Assembly (NCBI GenBank): GCA_964187785.1
Contig: OZ076415.1
Coordinates: forward strand, 65,906,001-65,970,000
DNA length: 64,000 nucleotides
Source of the DNA: Amphiscolops sp. MND2022
Lineage: Eukaryota
Direction of reading: 5' to 3'
Made by a program: the position numbers and the translations under genes
Notes under the pieces: model-generated
Seen by the model: only the letters and a program-made list of their open reading frames with translations
Database searches by the model: none
What the model was told of the DNA's origin: nothing
Shown: one piece after another, positions 59,990 through 64,000 of the stretch
Layout of the letters: each line of letters opens with the position of its first letter
Position numbering within the stretch: the stretch's first letter is position 1

Positions 59990-62900
59990 AAAATTAACTA
60001 AGGCGGTAATCTCTCCAGCAATTTTTTCTATGTTCTGGCTGTTCCATTTCTTTCGCTATTTTATTTGAGAAAAAAGCTTTTTATTTGCTTTTAATTGTTC
60101 CAGAGGAAAATTTCTTTTTGACCAGACAAGATGGTAGGTTGTTCCACAGGGGTAGAATTCTTATGAAGAAACTTTTTCTCATGAATTCATTTGGGATTTT
60201 TGTATTGCATACAAATTTTTTAGTTCGACTGTGATACTTTATTCTAGTTGTTGGTATTATATTAGTACCACTGAAGGCTGGTAGTAGGTTATTCTGATGT
60301 TTCCAGAAGTAAAAACATGATTTATAGTCAAGAAAAAGTGTTACTGGAAGTATTTTGTGTTTAATTTTCAAATCACTAGATGAGTCATGTTTCTGACGAT
60401 TAAAACAGGCTTTTACACCCCAACTCAATTGTTTTTCAAGTGTCGTTAAGAAATTTTGTGAAATGCCTTGAAGCAAAATTGCTGGATAATGAAGATGACT
60501 AAGAACTAGAGTATTCAGAAGTATTAGACAAATTTTTTCCGGCAAGAATTGTTTCACTGCATAGATTGTTTTTATACCACAGGCCATTTTCTTCAAGACA
60601 TGTTTTACTTCTTTTTCGTAAGTTAGATTTTGGTCTAAGTAAACTCCAAGATACTTTAAAAAAGGACTAAGACTTGTGGAGTGATTTTTTACTTGTATTT
60701 TTTTGTTAATTTGTTTTGCAAATATCTGGGAATATTTGCAAAAGACAATAAATTCGGTTTTATCCTCATTGAGATTAAACTTATGACTTTCGAAATATTC
60801 AACTAATTTATCAATATTATTTTCAAGATGTTGTTTAGCAGTATTGACAGATTTGTCTGCAACAAAATAAAAATATCGTCTGCATATTGGACTATTTTAC
60901 ATGTTTCGTCAATTATGTTCTGCATACTGTTAACGTAAAGGTTGAATAATAGAGGTCCAAGAACGGTACCCTGGGAACACCTTGATATAGGCTCATTCAA
61001 TCTGATGACCTATTTTGAAGAATTACTTTTTGAGTTCGATTGGTCAAATGGCTTTTGACTAGTGCAATCGCAGTGCAATCAAAATGACAATCTTCAAGTT
61101 TTTTAAAAGAACTTCATGAGAAATTGAGTCAAAAGCTTTTGATAGATCGAGGAAGGCAGCCGCTACCATTTTATTGTTGTTAATATCAGATCTGATATTT
61201 TCAGTGGCATATAAAAGGGCATCAGTTGTTGAGAATTTTGCACGAAAACTGAACTGAATAGGAACTAAATGGTTATGCTTATTAAGATATTCAACCATTT
61301 GATTACGAATTACCTTTTCAAAATTTTTTGAAAGTGCCGATGTGATTGAGATTGGTCTATAATTGTTTGGTTCTTCTGTGTCACCTTTTTTGAATATTGG
61401 TACAACATGTGCTCTTTTAAGATGATTCGGAAATCTTCCTTCTTCTAAGAATGCGTTTATTAAATAGGTAAGAGGTTCAGCTATAATATTAAGACAATCT
61501 TTGAGCGTCAAGCAGGAATATTTGATTGTCCGAGCGGTTTGTTTGAATTTAACTGCTTCACTATTTGCTTACACTCAAAAAGTGTAACGGGATTAAACTT
61601 GAATTTGGTTTTATGCCTGATAGGTTCATCAATTTGTTCCTCGTTGAATTTTCTTATTCCACCTAAATAGTCACCCAATTTGGAAAATCTATAGTTTAGA
61701 AGATTTGCTATTTTCATTGGATTTAATACAGTTTCGCCAAAAACTATTTTTAGAGATGAAATTATTGTTTTGGTTTTTAGTGAACTTCTGGCTTCATTTA
61801 TAAAATTCCATTTTTCTCTATCATTGGATAGATCAGCAAAAATTTTTGTTTGATAATCATAACGATCAGAAATCAAACTTTCAATAAAATTGCTCTGGAA
61901 TAGTTTAAATTTTGGGGCAGAAGGATTCATACTTTGATGTATTTGTTTGTAATGTTTTTTAGTCTTTTCCGTAACCCATTTTTGATGTATTGTTAAGTTA
62001 CTTTTATCGTTCCGGATAAAGACCTTTTTCTTCAGTATTGATTTGTTTAAAGAACTTTCAATGAAATTTGAGAATATTGAGAACAAGCCTTCTGCACAAC
62101 TTTGTCCATAGAAATACTACCAATCGCAATTTTGAACATAATATTGGAATAGTTCTTTATTATAGGTTTTTTTTTATCAAATATCGTTTTTCTAAAAACA
62201 TTGGATGATTTTATCATTCGAATCACACATAGTAATCACACACGTGGCTAGATGATCAATGGGCTTTTTGCCGATGGTACGGAGAGGTGTGTCAGAAACA
62301 ATGGGTGTAAAATATGCAGCATTGCTGTGATCTGTTATGATGTAATCAATTAATGTTTTTGATGTACCCTTTTTCCTTGTAGGTTGATCAGTATTGCTAA
62401 CTATCAGGCCATAGGGAAGAGTTACTGTTTCCAAATCTTGTTTTTCCCTAGTGTTGAGATAATTAATATTGTAACCACCCATAATTGTCAGAGGTTTATT
62501 TTCAACAATTGCATGATCTATGCTGATTGACAACTCTTCTAGGAATTGATGATATTGACTTTTGTTCGGGTTGTAAGAAACATTTATGAGTTGTTTTTGC
62601 TTGTTGGGTGAATTATTGTTCACACTGCATTCTATCCAAAGACTTTCAAAATTTTTCTCATTCATGTAATTTAGATCATTGAGCAGTTTAGGATTCAGAC
62701 TGGACGGAAATCTCAATATTACTCCTCCACCACATTCTTGGGTCGGTGTGTCCCTGTCAGCCCGAAATGTTTTGAAGTTCTTTGAATTATTTTCCCATAG
62801 TTTCAAATCATCTGTTTCTTTTAGCCATGTTTCCGAAATAGCATATATTGTATTAGTACCAAGATCTTTTGTTATATCTTCTAGCGTCCACCTTTTTTTA

Positions 62901-64000
62901 ATCAGGCTTTGCGCACTTACGTGGAAAAATTTCAAATATTTGTTATTGACCCGGAATAAATTTGTTAAGGCCTTGAAGTTAACTTGAGGCCCCGGTTTTT
63001 TTTCAACATCACCACTTAAATTAAGCTTGCGCTGGGAATACAAAGTATAAAGGGTTTTCACGTTTTTCATCAGCAATAGCGGTAGTTCATATAAACAATT
63101 AGGAGAGATTACCGTATCAAAAGATATAAAAAGGAAACATCGTCGGTAATTGGTTCTGTGTTTATCTTCGTTTACCAGCACAAGCACTTCTTTTTCTAAT
63201 AAAAAATAAATCAGGTTAATTAGGATGAAAAATTTAGCAAAATTTTTCATCATGATAAACATTTAGAAGTGCCCGTGCACAGTTGGAGATTTGTATAAAA
63301 GACCAGTGACGTTAGGTTCTAATTGTATCCGAAAGGGTAGTATCCTCGATTCCAGTTTTTTCGGCAACTGTTGACTGTTTTTGACTGTGGGTAGTAGCGC
63401 TTGTTACAGACTCCAGTTGAAGTTTTCAGTAGTTGCGAGAGTAAACAGTTTCGGAGAAAAGGAGGACCATTTGAGTTGTTGAAATGAATATTATCGTAGT
63501 AAAGTTGCCGAGGGTTTTGGAACGATTTGACCATTTTGTTAATTTCCAGTATTTGAATACCTTCCATGCTGTTATATTTCTCTTCCAGTAGTTTGTTGAA
63601 CTCGTCAGATCGTTTATTTTTGTCAGGACTGTTTTGGACAGGCGGCACCTCACAAAATACAATATTTTCAGGCTTGAATTTGGTTTGCACAAGATCCACT
63701 AGCTGAATAAAACCTTCAAATAATGCTTCCACTTCTGTATGTTTTTCTTTCAGTATTGAATTTGTGCCATCTTGAATTATGACTGTTTTGATATTTTTTT
63801 CCGCATATTTTTTCAGCGTTGAGATTTTCTCTTTAGTTGTTGAACCTCGAAACGCATGGATAGTAGAATCATCGGGTATGTTTCTATCATGGATGAGTCT
63901 ACCGACTATGCTACTTCCAATGACTAAATTTTGATCGCTACTCTTCAGAGGAAAGGGCTGGAATTCACGGCTACTCACGGTACCATTGTTGTACTTCTCT
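59990..64000 (-). mobile_element. Near-full-length, frameshifted CR1-type LINE: ORF1 SGNH esterase-like domain; ORF2 APE + RT
   Basis: ORF 63319..63978: LVIGSSIV, VIIQDGTNSI, YYDNIHFN. ORF 62192..63262: YAISETWL, FESLWIE, LTIMGGYNIN, TLIDYIITD. RT: NYRPISITSALSK, FLDLSKAFDSISH, SQGTVLGPLLFNLYVN, VQYADD. Confidence 0.95.
62987..63013 (-). other. 2A-like StopGo motif variant GDVEKKPGP ahead of the APE domain
   Basis: LNLSGDVEKKPGP versus consensus DxExNPGP; one C>A substitution from ...EKNPGP. Confidence 0.75.

Noticed and set aside
1-64000. Prokaryotic operons, defence systems, rRNA genes
   Set aside because: Spliceosomal introns, metazoan TE families and low coding density show a eukaryotic locus; no rRNA-like sequence was seen.

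Overview
Eukaryotic (metazoan, invertebrate-like), AT-rich, repeat-dominated window; I cannot assign a taxon from sequence alone. Most short ORFs in the supplied track are noise or antisense shadows. One confident host gene is present: a spliced pepsin/cathepsin D-family (A1) aspartic protease on + (six exons, about 6094-13359, 368 aa, DTGS and DTGT intact). The rest is nested mobile DNA. (1) A minus-strand LTR element (18585-26287) has TGTAACGG...CCGTTACA LTRs, a 20-nt tRNA-type PBS and a PPT but no recognisable RT, and carries an intact orphan ORF of about 436 aa with a coiled coil and three RGRP (AT-hook-like) repeats. This is the best candidate for an undescribed system. (2) A decayed BEL/Pao retrotransposon (32779-44902) has a 3.3-kb internal tandem duplication, an upstream 2-kb flank+LTR duplication and a second tandem copy running into a 200-N gap. 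(3) There are three long LINE bodies: two CR1-like, one of them with an SGNH-esterase ORF1 and a 2A-like motif, and one I/Jockey-like with a diverged partial duplicate. (4) There is a 3x1.3-kb tandem array. (5) There are MULE, hAT and Gypsy relics, several MITE/foldback elements with readable TSDs, and a Helentron-like short family carrying tRNA-derived cargo. All family assignments come from motif recognition by eye; no database searches were run.
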